A stretch of DNA of 64,000 nucleotides from Lama guanicoe (taxonomy: Eukaryota), in contig MU053933.1 of the NCBI GenBank assembly GCA_013239625.1, positions 1,490,001 through 1,554,000 of the forward strand, written 5' to 3'. Below are positions 13,211 through 26,300 of this stretch, piece after piece. Made by a program: the position numbers and the translations under genes. How positions within the stretch are numbered: the stretch's first letter is position 1; every line of letters begins with the position of its first letter. The notes under the pieces are model-generated. The model did no database searches. It had not been told where the DNA came from and was given only the letters and a program-made list of their open reading frames with translations.

Positions 13211-15339
13211 AGGATTACAAATAACGGCAACAAAAAAAGACAGTATTAGTCTTCCCTGTGTAACATGCACTGGCACATTAAAAGGCCTCTGCATTCGACA
13301 TCTGAAGACCAACAACCGTGCACACTCTCAGAGCAGAGACAGCCGGGCCTTGAAGATGAACCCCAGGAAAAATAAGAAGGTGGACCAGCTGTCCCTTGCT
13401 CTCCCAATCCAGGCCTGGACTTGAAAAGTATCCAAAGACCATTTAATGGGTTCGTTCGTTGCGCCTCCTGAGGCTGTGCTCCCTACAGGACGCTGCATCA
13501 GAGAAGTCCTCCCGCAGCGGTCTAAGCACCTACGTTACGGACGGAAACAGAGCAGACGTCAGCTTCGAGGCTTCTCAGAAAACTAGCAAGACTACAAGTG
13601 TTTCTCAACCGTCTGCATTCATATTAACATCATGCCGTACAGCTAATGGCAGGCCTGGCAGGACCAGGGTAACGGGCACATTTACGACTTCTCCTAAAAC
13701 CCCTCCTTGCCTGTGGTCTGACTTCAGGCCTCGGCTATCTTCTTCAAGTCCCAGACTTGTGACGCTATGCTTGGCACCCTAATTAGCCTGGAGATCCCTG
13801 AACAAGCGAGAGGCACGGGGCTACACAAGCATCTGGGACGAGAACTCCTTGCAATGCGAGGCTTATCCCCACTCGCACCACGAGCAAGCGCGCTGATCTG
13901 CATCCTAGCGAGCGTCTGCTCCTCAGGCCCCACGGAGCACCAACTGGATGGGCCACGAGCGACCTGACGGCGAGGGGCCGCCCTGATCGCCGGCGGGGGC
14001 GGGCGAAGTCCGGCTGTCAGCCTGGAAGGCTCAGGCCTTTACACACAAACTGACAGCACCAAGGAGACAAAGTTTCTTAACTTAAACAGAAAAGGAACTC
14101 TTCAAAAATTAAATTAAAAAAAAACCTATGTACCATTTTACTGCTTCTGTTTCTGATTTTAAAATGCACAAGACACCCAGACACTGCCACATACACGCTT
14201 TTATGCATACTTTCAAAACTGAGAGTTTTTTAGACCTTTAGATGTAAAACAAATTGGAGAATCCATGTTTTCCCCTTGACCTCCATAAGAAGAGCAAAAA
14301 CATTAGAAAGGCCAGTCACTTCTTAGAATTGGCCGTTAGCACTTTTCCAGTGACACACATTCCCAGCATGTATTTGACATATGTTCCTTCCTAAAGGAGT
14401 CTTCGTAAGAACTCCTGCTAGCCTTAGCACTGTAAACTTAGGAGGAAAAACTTACCCTTTTTCGTCACGTCCCTCTACTAATTAGCTAAACTACACAACG
14501 TTCACGAGTTTGGCCCAGCTTCATTTTCCTCTGTGTGCCACTGATCCCATCCTTGGCAGAAAAAGACCCTGCATTTCTAGAGTCAGAACTAATTATACTA
14601 GCTAATCTCCTGCTACCTTATCAGACAAACAGCTGAAGCTAGCAAAGCACAAACGCAACACCCTCAACGCTGTTCGCCGATGATCAGAACCAACGCAGCA
14701 GACGGACCGATTTCTGCCTCGAATTTTAAACTGCCTCTTACGACGTTCCTCCAGCCCTGATGAGCCAGGCTCCACAATATGTCGGCTCCTGAAACTCAAG
14801 CAACTCTGCCTCGTTGTAAGCTGCTTCGCTCCGCCTCAGCCGTGAGCCGCACACTGCCCATAAAACCTACAGAGAAGAAAAACGGTTATTCTAAACTGCC
14901 CCACGCGGCAGAAAGAGCGCACAACGTACATGGGTTTCGGTTTTGCTCCTACGGGAGGCCCAGAGCCCAGGCGCCTACAGTGTCACACTGAGGGACACGC
15001 ACGTGCTGCTGTGACTCTAAGGAGTGAGCGAGATGGAATTCCATCCTCACATGTCCTGGCATCCGTGAGAAGTGAAGTGTGGCCCCCTCTGTTCTCCGCC
15101 AGGGGCCCAGATGCAGCTGAGAAGGAGCCGCAGGGTGAGGGGCCTGGTACACACCCATGCACGCGCTTTAACCTCTGAGGCCCTTTCCGTGACATTGTTT
15201 TATGAAAAACCGGACTTCTGAGTATACAGCCAAAGGGCCCAAAACAAACAACGTAAGGAGAGCTTTTTCTACCAACCACGTGTGTGCATTACAGTACACA
15301 ACTGCCTAATACTAGGTTTCTAACGCAACAGCTGAAGCA

Positions 15340-15870
15340 CACCAATGACTCTTCCAACTTCCTTTATTCAAAAATAAAAGCGGCACAAAAATATGGAACT
15401 AAAATGTCCAATGTCATCCGAAATAGCAGGTTTACCAAAAGGTTTGAAGGTAAACTTGAATTTGGGAGGATTAACTGTAATTATTAGAGAGAGAATGAAT
15501 TGTTTTCCAAAAACTGTATCCCAGGGAAACGCTGACCAGCAGGGTAGGTGGTTACTTAACCTCCCTCTTTTCTTGGGGGGCCTAGAGGTCTGAGTCTCCT
15601 GGGCAGGGGAGCTGCTACGAGAAGCCCCTTCTGGGCGCGCTGACATGGGCCTTTCCAGAAGAATGTCCCCTATCCCAGGCTCCCCTCTGGCAAGGTCGAC
15701 CCACAAGTATGTTCCCTTCCAGGAGGAAGTTCTGGAGATACGTATCAATTCACATCCATCTCTAGTCAATCACACTTTGCCACCAGTAGCTTGGGGCACA
15801 CAACTGGTGGTTTTAGAAAACGAATACAGCGCGGGGACCGGGGGAAGCAGGCAGGCCAGGTCGCACGGCC
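15340..15870 (-). other. HSF2BP: HSF2BP 3' UTR (about 0.5 kb; 3' end approximate)
   Basis: Interval between the stop codon and the presumed cleavage site just downstream of the AATAAA. Confidence 0.65.
15363..15368 (-). terminator. Polyadenylation signal AATAAA of HSF2BP
   Basis: tttatt on the + strand. On the minus strand it is followed about 20-40 nt later by a GU-rich element (TTGGTGTGCTT...TGTTGCGTT). Confidence 0.7.
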
Positions 15871-16079
15871 CTACACGTCGTGCTCCAGAGCGCGGAGGTC
15901 CTCCAAGAGCTCCCGGGCCGCGGTCTGCAGGTGGGAGTTGCGGCTCTCAGACATGGCCCGGATGCGCTGCAGGGGCAGGGAGCTCCGGAACTCAGACGCC
16001 GCCTTGGAGAAGACTTCTGGCTCCAGAACCACGGACTGGACAAGTCGCAGCACGTGGAGACACACCTCTGCATCCGGAT
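15871..16079 (-). CDS. HSF2BP: HSF2BP terminal coding exon (209 nt incl. TAG): (D)PDAEVCLHVLRLVQSVVLEPEVFSKAASEFRSSLPLQRIRAMSESRNSHLQTAARELLEDLRALEHDV*
   Basis: Lies within ORF 15871..16089(-). Acceptor ttgcccctag|AT with branch-point-like ttctaac about 26 nt upstream. Stop TAG at 15871-15873. Confidence 0.97.
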
Positions 16080-16338
16080 CTAGGGGCAAGAGGCAGAGCT
16101 CTGGTTAGAAGACGGCCTCTGCGGGGCCCTGGGCAGGGCCACCCCTCGAGGGCGCCTGGCCTTTCGGAATGACAGGTGTGACAGGTTAGTAAACTCCGGG
16201 CTGTCCCAGAACTCTGTCACTTCTTGATGCAAAAGCTTAGCTCCTAAGAGGAGCATGACAAAACACAGCCATCCTCCATGCAGGAACACCCTACCTTCAA
16301 GCATTACTCAGAAAAATGCTGGATTAAGAACACAAGGA

Positions 16339-16565
16339 CTTTGAGGGAAGGGACAGGCTGGGATTTCAAAATGTAGAACAGATAAACAAGACTGTGCTGT
16401 GTAGCACAGGGAAATATACTCAGGATCTTGTGGTGGCTCACAGCAAAAGAGAATGTGACAATGAATGTATGTATGTTCATGTATAACTGAAAAATCGTGC
16501 TCTACACTGGAATCTGACACAACATTGTAAAATGACTATAACTCAATTAAAAAAATTTTAAAAAA
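16339..16565 (+). mobile_element. Young camelid-type L1 3' end (5'-truncated) with target-site duplication
   Basis: A-rich tail. TSD aagaacacaagga (16326-16338) / aagaatacaagga (16566-16578), 1 mismatch, at a TT|AAGA endonuclease-like site. Confidence 0.88.
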
Positions 16566-17601
16566 AAGAATACAAGGATTTCTCCTGTAGTCTGCTACAA
16601 TTCTGTCCACTTAGAAGGTTGTCATAAAAGTTATCACTTCATCTTCACTCCAAGTGCAGCAAGTCCCCTGGAGACCACGCAGAGACAGCCTCTCTTCAGG
16701 GCCACTGGCCTCCACGAAGTCACCGGCTGTAACAGTCAAGCCGCGTTCCACTTCTTCCACGCGGCGCTCCCTGCAGCTGCAGGACCCGCTAGCCCTGAGT
16801 GCACTACAACCGCCACTGGAAAGCAGCTAGGCGGAAGCAGCCGCCCGGCACAGAGCCCCAGCCCAGCAGGAGGGCCCTCCTTGCGCGTCTCTCTGCTGGG
16901 AGCCGCTAAGTGCCACTGATTCCCTTCTCGACTGGACACTGTCATGGGAACCAGGCTCCAAATCAGCACCGCCTTCTTAGTTCTATACTTCAAAGACCTT
17001 TTCAGAAGTAAGCGGATTGAATGAGGAGACAGAACGAACCCTCAGTGGGAACTGCCCCAGCACCACGGCCCCCGCGCCCTTCCCTGCTCAACGAGAGCAA
17101 CCGGGCACCGCAAGGGCTGCTGTGCGCAGCAGCAGGAAAAGACCCTGCTCGCCCTGGGCCCAGACCCTCAGAGTTCTCCCTCGCCGGGGGAGCCCCAAAC
17201 CCCCAAAGGCACAGGGCAGAGTGGCCGCCCCAGGAGGAGGACAGGACCCCGGGAAGGCCCCACCACTCAGACGCAGAACCAAACAGCAGGGAACTCCCTC
17301 CTCTCCGGCAGCCGCAGCCGCAGCCCAGCAAGCAGCTAAGGTGAGCAGTGTGCGGTGGGGAGGGCAGGAGGGGCGCGCGCCCTCAGGCACAGACCCGGGG
17401 GAAGGCCCGCAGCTGAGGCCGGAGCAGGACAGGGAGACAGGCACGCTGCAACTCAGTCCTCCTGCTCAGCACAGGGAAGGAGGGGAATTTGAACCCAGCG
17501 GTGCAGGCAGGTGCTCACAGCAGCAATAAATTCCAGCCCAGCCCAAGCCCCACGACAGCCCAGCAGAACAAGAGGTGGAAACACTCTACCTCTTCCCTCT
17601 G

Positions 17602-17817
17602 CAGAGGTTGGTATCCCGTGGCCCAAAGGCCAAACGCAGCCCATGGCCTATCTCTACACAGGCTGTGAGCTAAGGGTGGTTTTTACATTTTAAAGGGTTA
17701 TTTTAAAAGAAAACAAAACAAAATAGAAGAATAATACACAACAGAAACCACACGTGACCCTCAAGGCTCACAGTATTTAGCATCTAGCTCATCACAGGAG
17801 AGGTCTGCTGACCTCTG
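17602..17817 (+). mobile_element. MER58-family hAT-Charlie MITE
   Basis: Terminal inverted repeats cagaggt...acctctg. Internal gagctaagggtggtttttacattttaaa is typical of MER58. Confidence 0.75.
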
Positions 17818-18014
17818 CTCTGCCGCCTACACACAATGCACAGCACGCAGTCAGAAATGGCGGCGACAGAGCAAGGGGCAAAGGCCCACAGTGAGACAGT
17901 GAAGTCACCAGCAGAGACCAGCTCAGAGGTAACCATTCTTAGAAGCACCACGTTAGGGTTCTGACAGTTCACCTGAAGCAGTATAATATTATTTAAGGAC
18001 TTCTAATTTTTAAT

Positions 18015-18865
18015 AGCCTTTTCAATAAATGGTGCTGGAAAAACTGAACATCCATATGCAAAAACAAAGAAATTCAATCCATACCTTGCCTCACATATAA
18101 AAGTTAAATGAAAATTAATAATAGACTTACACGTAAAACCCCAAACTAAAAACTTCTAAAAGAAAACAAGAGAAAAATCTTGGTAACTTTGAGTTAAGTA
18201 TTTTTTAGATACATATAAAACTAAAATCATAATCCATACAAGGAAAAAGTTAGTAAGTTCTATCAAAATTAAAAACATCTGCCTTTCAAGTACACGACAG
18301 CAGAGATGAGGGCTTCAACAGGATCCATGGGAAGCACGCAGAGGACATCTCTCAAAAGCGCTCCTAGAAGTCGAAGAAGCACAAACACTTCCAACAAAAC
18401 CGAGCGGGAGGGAGTGCTTCCGGCCTCAATTTATGAAGCCTGCATCACCCTGGTGTCAAAGCCAGACAAGGACAACACACAAGAAAGTACAAGTACATAA
18501 ATGCAAAAGCCCTCAGTAAAACAATAGCCTAACAAACACATTAAAAGGATCATACGCCACGATCAGTGGGATTCACTCCAGGGAGGCAAGGCCAGTCAGT
18601 GTCTGCACAAGAACCAACATGACGCGCGACGTTAACAAAACGAGACGCCACCTGACGGCTGTCAGAACGGCAACTACCGGAAAGCCGGAAAACAAGCACC
18701 GGGGAGGCTGCGGCATAAAGGGGACTCACGCGCTGTTGGTGGGCATGTAAACTGGTGTCGCTACTGTGGGAAACAGTATGGAGGTTCCTCAAAAAATTAA
18801 GAACAGAACTACCATATGATCCAGATACAAATGAACTTATTTACAAAACAGAAATGGACTCATGC
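18015..18865 (+). mobile_element. Mosaic of L1 ORF2 and 3' fragments
   Basis: ttcaataaatggtgctggaaaaactg; SIYEACITLVSKPDKD (18306-18500); LWETVWRFLKKLRTELPYDP (18755-). Confidence 0.85.
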
Positions 18866-19099
18866 CTCCTGGAAGTGCCCTCAGAGCCAGTGTGTGAGCT
18901 GTATCCAAACCAGTGCGACCGCCCTAGACTCAGAGGCCCCGTGCCCTCGCCAGGATTCTCACGCTCGGTGGGCACTCAGTCACGCCGCGCGAGCTGGGAG
19001 CTCCGAGGATGAAGGGCCGGGGCGGGAGCAGCTGGCCTCAGCACCCCCATCCCGCGCCCCCACGCCCCCTGCGACGCGGCCGCTCCCTGCGCCTGGCAA

Positions 19100-20040
19100 C
19101 ACAGTCTTCACTAGACCCAGCACACCGTGTTCTCCTGGTTTCCTCCCCCTCGTCTTGCTTCGCCGTGCTCCCTCAGAGTCTTCTTTGCTCCCTCCTCCCC
19201 TTTCTCCTGCACCTGGAGCGCCCCAGGCCCGTCTGTAGCCCCCGGAACCCCTCGGAAGACGCAGCCCCCTGCTGCACCAGCCCGGCTCACACAGCTGCCT
19301 CCCGCCCTGGCCCCTGCACAAACCGCGGCTCCGGGATCCCCGTGTGCTCCACGGCTCCTTCTGACCGTCAGGCGGGCATCTCAGAGCCAGCATGTACCAA
19401 ACACCCTGCTCCTCCCCAAGTCCTCGCAGCAGCACCAGCAGGGACCCAGCTACTCAGCCCCCAAAGCGAAGCATCACCCTGGACCTCCCCCTCATATCCC
19501 TCTTAACTCAAAACCTACCTTGAATGTAGTCACATCAATCATGGCCCTGCTGCTGCTGCGCCCAGGTCCCCCCCACCATCTCACACACACACACACCCCG
19601 CGGCAATGCCTCCGCTCCTCTCCGCCCTCCCCGCAGCAGCCAGCGCAAGCTTGGTGACGGCCCATCAGACGGGGCTGTCCCCGCTCAGCTTTCAGTCACC
19701 TGCAGGCCCCACGGGCCCCAGCCCGATGGGCTCCCTGACCCCCTCTCGGACACACCGGCCTCCTCACCCCATTCTCACGGCCGCGGTTGCCCACCACCGT
19801 CCTCGGCCTGGGACACTCTGCTTACAGGCCTCTGACGGCTTGTCCTTCACCTCACTTGGGTCTCCCCTCACCCAAAGAGCAGTCCCACCTCGGCTGTCGA
19901 GACCTCAGACCACTCCATCTTTATCTGTATCACCATCCTGCTTGCTATCAAGTCTCTCCACCTGAATGTAAGTTCCATGAGGGAAGAACTCGGTCTTGTT
20001 CACTTTCGGACCGCCAGCTCCTAGGGCAGGGCTGGGAGCT
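19100..20040 (+). mobile_element. Highly decayed L2 with recognisable 3' end
   Basis: cctgaatgtaagttccatgagggaag...tcttgttcac...cctagggcagggctgg at about 19960-20040; pyrimidine-rich body upstream. Confidence 0.55.
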
Positions 20041-21479
20041 CAAGGAACGCCTGTAAGACACCAGCTGCCCCAGCGCTCCAAGCTGCAGCGCACCCTGCCC
20101 ACGGCACCCGCCACCCTGGGGGCAGCTAAAGCCCCCAGCTCAGCAGCAGAGGGGATGCCACGCCCAGCAGTATACTCTGGGGGAGACAAAAGGAAAACAA
20201 CTTCCAGTCTCCACTCTTTTACCTATTTGGGGATTTAAAAAAAAATAAAAGCCCAGGCCACTAACAAGCAACGAATTAGAAAGTACAAATAGGGGTCTGT
20301 TTGTAACATTCACCCCAGGCCCTGAAGGAGTGACGAGGCCTGGGGCTGGGACATCTGGAACAGCTCCCCCGAGAGTGGCTTCAGGTTGGCTCTTGAAGGT
20401 CTGGGAACACAGCGTATGTAAGAACGCAGAGGACTATGAGCTGGACTACTAAGACTTCAGGCTACGTCACGTTTCTGATTTCTTCTTTCCAAAATCCAGA
20501 GAGATGTTGTACCTTCAAGCTGTACAAATGAAAGCTCCCTGCTGATGGCTGTGAGCGTCCTGGCTTCTTCCAGCTGCCCATCTCTGCACAGATTCCCCAC
20601 CTCCCTCTTTCCAAGGTCACTGCTCAACTTCCTCAACACGATACTTCAGACAACAGACCACACACAGCGCGAGGTGGAAAGGCGACACTTAGCCTAAGCA
20701 AGAATTTGCTCCTTTGTAAAATACGCTTGTGTGGCAGCTCTGATACAAATGCAGAGCCTGAACCACAACCAAGTCAGTCCCACTTCCACACACGTCAAAA
20801 TCCATTAAAATAAGCAGATGTCAGTAACCATACCCGAAATACCACTGGAAAACAGAATTCTCAGAACAGTGTATCATCTACTCAACGGAGGCAACACACA
20901 ATTTCCACGTTTTAAACTAGGCTTAATGTATCAGCCCAACACGGCTCAGGAGAAGACACACAAGCTCAGGTGGAGGGTCTGGACTCAGAGGACCAGGACA
21001 TGAGCCCCAGATGTGGTGCCTCCTGACCGACTGGCCTGGGCAAGTAAGGTGTTCACATTGTCTCAGCCTCAGTTTCCTGGTCCAGAAACCAGAACGTACG
21101 CCCTTCTCACAGAGTCGGGAGCACACGTGAGCATGTGCTGGGTGGAGCGCGGACTCAAGAAACAGCTGTCGGAACTCAGCTGGCCACTGGGCCCAGCCTG
21201 GCAGAGCTCAGGCACCTGACCTGGAAGCAGCTCCAGGGTCGCCTTTGGCGGTTTCGCTCAGCTTATGGGTGCTCAGTTTTACACATGAGAGTCTGCTGGC
21301 AAAGACGCCGTGGTCTCCTGCGACAATCGCGCGTGGGGAGGAGCGGTGGCAGGAGAGCGAGGAGGCAGCGGGGGCTCTGCTCCCAGAGGCTTTCTGAGGA
21401 GGACAACGGCCACAAGCCCAGGGGAAAACATAAAGCCACCAAAGCTCCTCATACTGTAATTTTCTTCACTGAACTTTTT

Positions 21480-23300
21480 GCCTTCCCACAAAGAGGAAAA
21501 ATGCTGAAAGGATTAAAAAAAAAAGCAAAAAGCACCAGTGACCTGTGGGATGATATCAAGCGTGTTACTGGAACCTTAGAAGGAGAGGAGGGGAAGACAT
21601 AAAAGATTTTTGAAGATACAATGGCCAAAAATATCCAAGTTGAGGCAAACTGGAAGCCTACAGGTCCAGGAATACAAAACAGCACCAAGGCACGTCACAA
21701 TCCAACCTGAAAACAGTGACAGAGAGCAGCCCAGAGCAACGAGAGGAAACAAACATGTTCGGGGGAGAGGGCAGACTGACAGCAGCCTTGGGGAGGACCA
21801 CGTGGGCCAGCGCACAGGGAGCAATGCCTTTAAAGTAAGAACGAAAAACCTGTCAACCTCGAATTCTACACCCAGCAAAAGTATCTTCCAAAAATGGTGG
21901 TGAATAAACACTTTGCAAGACAAACAGAAAGTGAGAGAATTCCACACCAGCAGACCTGCACCCCAAGCAATGTTGAAAGCTCTTCAGACAGAAGGAAAAT
22001 GATAAGAAAGTGAGATCCACACGAAGGAACAAGAGCACCAGAAATGGTGAATCTGGACATTTCTCTTTGTGTCTTTTCAATGTCTTTAAATGGTACCTGT
22101 TTAAAGCACAAATAATAAAAATGTATTTTGAGGTTTTCAACATATGTATGACAACAATTGTAAAAGGATGGGAGGCGGAAAAGAAGCACTGTTGCAGGCT
22201 TTGTGCGCTACAGGTAAGTGGTGTAAAATCTTTTGAAAGATTAAATACGTAAGTTAAATACGTACCCTAGAGCAACCACTAAAAGAAAAATTTTAAAAAC
22301 AAAGAGAAGAGGGGAGGATATAGCTCAGTGGTAGAGCACATGCTTAGCATGCACAAGGTCCTGGGTTCAGGCCCCAGTACCTCCAGTAAATAAACAAACA
22401 AACCTAATAAATGAAGATAAAATTGAATCACGTAATAATACTAAATTAATCCGAAAGAAGGGGGAAAAAAGAATAAAGAGCAGGCAAGACAAGCAGAAAA
22501 TAAACAGCAAGAAGACAGGTTTAAAATCATACAAATTAATAATCACATTAAGTATAAATGCACTAAATACTACAAGCAAAAAGCAGAGATTGTCAGATTA
22601 ATTTTAAAAATTCAAGGCCCAGTTATACGCTGTTTCTAAGAACGCTACATTAAATATAAAGACACAGGTAGGTAAAAGCATAGAAATACATTTTTATACA
22701 TTTTACATATACTTTATGCACGTGTATTTTACATACACATGTATACTTAAAATACACTAATACTAGTCGAAAGGAAGGTGCAGTGGCTATGCTGACTGCA
22801 GGCAAAGAATTCAGAGGAAGGCTTATTATCAGGGATAAGGAAGGACATTTGGAAATGATAAAACAGTCAATCAGTTAAGAGGACATAACAATCCTAAACG
22901 TTTACGCACTTAATAACAGAGCTGCAAACACATGAAGTGAAAACTGACGGAACTGAAAGGAAAATCAATCCACAATGACGGCCAAAGACTTCAATATCCC
23001 CTTCTTGACAACGGACAGAAGATGGGCAAGGACACAGAAGACGTCAACAACATTACAGCCGACCTGAAAGCACTGGCGCTACAGAACGCATCACTCCCAA
23101 ACAGTAAAACCCACACTTGTCTCACATGCTTGTGGAACATTTACAAGACAGACCATGTGTGGCCCTGTAAAACAAGTCTCAGCAAATTTAAAAGGACTGG
23201 AACCAGCTATGGTATGGTCTCTGACACCAGCAAATTAAACTAGAAATCAATACCAGAAATATATCTAGAAAATCTCCAGATATTTGGAAATTAAATATTA
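21480..23300 (+). mobile_element. Old L1 (L1M) ORF1 to ORF2-endonuclease fragment
   Basis: tgtcaacctcgaattctacacccagcaaaa; aatcacattaagtataaatg...cagagattgtcagatt; acaagtctcagcaaattt; aaactagaaatcaata. Confidence 0.85.
22311..22408 (+). mobile_element. tRNA-Ala(AGC)-derived SINE (camelid Vic-1-like)
   Basis: A box tagctcagtgg; anticodon arm tgcttAGCatgca; degenerate B box ggttcaggccc; tail taaataaacaaacaaacctaa. Inserted in an old L1. Confidence 0.85.
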
Positions 23301-26300
23301 AATTAGAACATGTGCCACACAACTTACTGAAGAGTCAGATGGTGCCCAATCCCCAAGTCAGAAACACTTAACACGCTATATCACGTTGTGTGCAGATGTG
23401 ATCGATTTTTCATACACGTTCAAAACACAGAGATGCACAACCATTCTCTTCACTGTAAGTTATCCGGGGATCCTCAAGAGGTCACCTGGATACAACTGCA
23501 GACCCCAGAAGACCCACAGTCTCGTATGCCGCCCCTCTGACACTCTGCCCCAAAGCGCACCTGCAGGCACTCCCTCCTCATCACCACCTCCCTCCTCTCC
23601 TGACGCCTACCACCCTCCGGCGCAGCCCTTCGGCACGGGTTCGAGCCCCGCAACTCTACTGAGTCTGCTCTCCCCAGGGAATCCGGGGACATCTGGACTC
23701 CGGACCTCACGGCCTCATTCAGCCTGTCTGGCTTCTCTCTCCTTTCTCAGACTCCCAAATGATGCCCTGGCCCACCTCTCCCCTCCCTGGAGCTACCCTG
23801 AGTCCATCATCCTCCCTGGCTGCAGCCTCGCCATCCGACTTCCCGCACCCGCAGCGTGTCACCGAGTCACCAGCAGGTGCTCACTGACGCCAAGGGAACA
23901 AACGCGTGAGTCCATGAGTGGGAGTGCAGGAGTGAGCATGCTCCCCAGCAGCCACCTGCCACAGCCCTGCGTGGGTGAGCCAAGCAGAGTCTGACTCGGG
24001 CTCCCCCACCTGCTAGCTCCGTGACTCCAGGACACCCAGGTGCCATGTTCTCGCCCAAGGTGACAGATGGGGTGAACACAGCCCGCCCCACACGCAGCTG
24101 TGAGGTGAGCCCTGTGTGCAGGGGCCCACAGCTCCATAAGCCGGCTGTGTGCTGTGGGGTCCACCGGACCTGAGGTCCCCCAGGGACCTGTAAAGAATGC
24201 TGCCTCCTCAGGGTGAATGGGGAAAACCTGCACGCTTAGAGTGCATAAGTTAGGAACCTGACTGAAAACATGAACTGAGCGTTGGACCTCACCGCGATCT
24301 CCGGAGGCTGGACCCAAGATCCTTCCTTCACCTGACAAATGCCAGCGGAGCTCTGAGGGGCCTCAAACCCAGGCGGCGGCTGAGTATCAAGCAGAGAATA
24401 GGACACGACATCCTGGCCCTCACTGGGCACAGAAGGCATGACTGTAATGGCAGGCAGACCGTGTGGATGGAGGGTCTGCCCAGGCTCGATGAGGCACGAG
24501 ATAGCAGAGAGGCAGGGTGGGGAGAGCACTGAGGATCGCATAGGGTGTGGGCCCATCACCGAGCCGAGCGCCAAGCTGAGGGACAGGTGACGCCGGGCTT
24601 CTCGGTGCACCTGCCTCCACACTCTGCACATCCCTCCTCTGCTCAGACACCCACGGTCTCCGGGCAGCTCTGTGACAGGTAGTTTGGCTCGCTAAGGACT
24701 CAGAAATTTGGAAGAAGGTGCTCTGTGGGGACAAGAGCCTCCCAGTCCCGAGTGGTGACCGCCCTGAGGTCAAGGACTCCGCTACCCCTGCCCCATAAGC
24801 CTCAGTTTCTGTGAGTGAGCAGGCCCACGGCAGCCTCTCATTGCCCTGATCATCCCGGGCCCTGAACTGGAGAGGGGGCCCAGACCTCGGCCCAGCAGGC
24901 TCCTAGCGGACGGCCACCACCGAGCCTTCCCCTGGAAACCATCACAGGCACCTTCCTGCGATTCTGTTTAGCACTTAGCTTTGATAAAAACCAGCCCTCT
25001 GTCCTCTCATCAGCCAGCTGCCCACACCCGCCGACTCTCGTGCAGACGCCCAGCAAACCCGCAAACGGGGAGTTTAACCTGGGAGCAACATTCTTACCGG
25101 CTTTCTCTAAGTTAAAAAACCCTCTTCAGATTCTGATAAAAGCTATGAATCAGTCGTCCTGAACACCAACACACACCCTGGAAGATCCCTGAGTTACAAG
25201 GCTCAGCCTCAGGGAGGAAGCCAGCAGTCTGCTGGACAGATCTTGGTTTTCCCTGCTGGGAAACAGATGCCTTTCTTGCCCCGCTCGGGACTGCCGGGAA
25301 ATGGCCAGATCGGAGCTGCTCGCCTCTCTCCTGCTCAGAGAGCGGCTGAGGAGGGCCTGCAGGACCAGCCAGCAGACATGCAGGGCTCCGGGCATCCGGC
25401 TCCACTTCCTTCTCCACCCAGGACCGAGAGCCCGGGGGTGCAGAGGGCGATCCACATGCAGGAGCCATGAGAGGGCCCCCTCCCTTTCCTCACTTCTAAC
25501 CAAGCCCCTTTAAAAAACAGCGTGTTCATATTTTCTTTCTGGTTTAAGAATCAGACTCAAAATGTCTGGACCTCCAGGGTTTGGCAGTTTCCAAATGTCA
25601 CAGTGTTTACAGCACAAACAGGTGGTCAGCCACTGACAAGGGCCACAGCGAACAGAAGTGCAGCGCCTCGTGCGGACCCGCAAGCCCCTCTTCTAGGCGC
25701 TGCAGGGCCGGCCCTTCACACTGAGGTAAGAGCAACTCATTTCAAAGCCTGCGCGTTTCCACGGAGACCCATAAACCTGCGTGAGAAACACACCCATCAC
25801 CTGGGCGCTCAGCCGTCCTTCAGGAATGGAGAAGACGCTGGGCTCTCCAGCTGCGCGGCGGGAGGAGCTGATACCAACTGCCGCAGGGCCACGCGCAGCA
25901 ACGGCCACCCTGCAGGCCCGACTCTTTCCAGAAGGAGACAACCACGAAAACAGCTTACCCCTGACCGCAAGCCGCCACTTACAAAGTGCCTGCACACTCG
26001 GTGCTGCATGTTCACTTGGGGGGGAATCTTTTTAGGCCAAACAGAAATGAGACACTGCTGTCAAGCAGGCCTGCCAAATAAGCAGGAAGCGCTTCTCCAT
26101 GACCCAGGAGGATGACGGAGGGGACCGTGAGGCCCCTGGCGCAGAGTAAGAACATTCCTAAAGGACCTTTCATCCTGTCTGTAGTGAAGAGTGGCTGGGA
26201 GCGGCAGACTGAAAGGCAGCGGCAGGTCCTAAGGACATTCAAACCCTAACTCAAAAGTCTCTTCCAGATTCCCATGTGCCCCCCACCGCAGATGGGCCCC

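Noticed and set aside
14393..14416. Short inverted repeat aggagtctt-cgt-aagaactcct (also atttgac...gtcaaat near 30065-30087)
   Set aside because: Stems are too short for a pre-miRNA or structured RNA call; chance level in 64 kb.
14456..14551. Possible extra minus-strand exon beyond the poly(A) site (strong donor AAGG|gtaagt)
   Set aside because: Weak AAG acceptor, a stop in the first frame and no other support; such sites occur by chance.
20457..20639. Minus-strand 60-aa ORF with protein-like composition in the last intron
   Set aside because: No recognisable homology, no convincing splice sites, and not needed for the HSF2BP frame.
22311..22385. Functional tRNA-Ala(AGC) gene
   Set aside because: Altered acceptor stem and T-loop/B box, a SINE-type tail instead of a T-run terminator, and insertion inside an L1.
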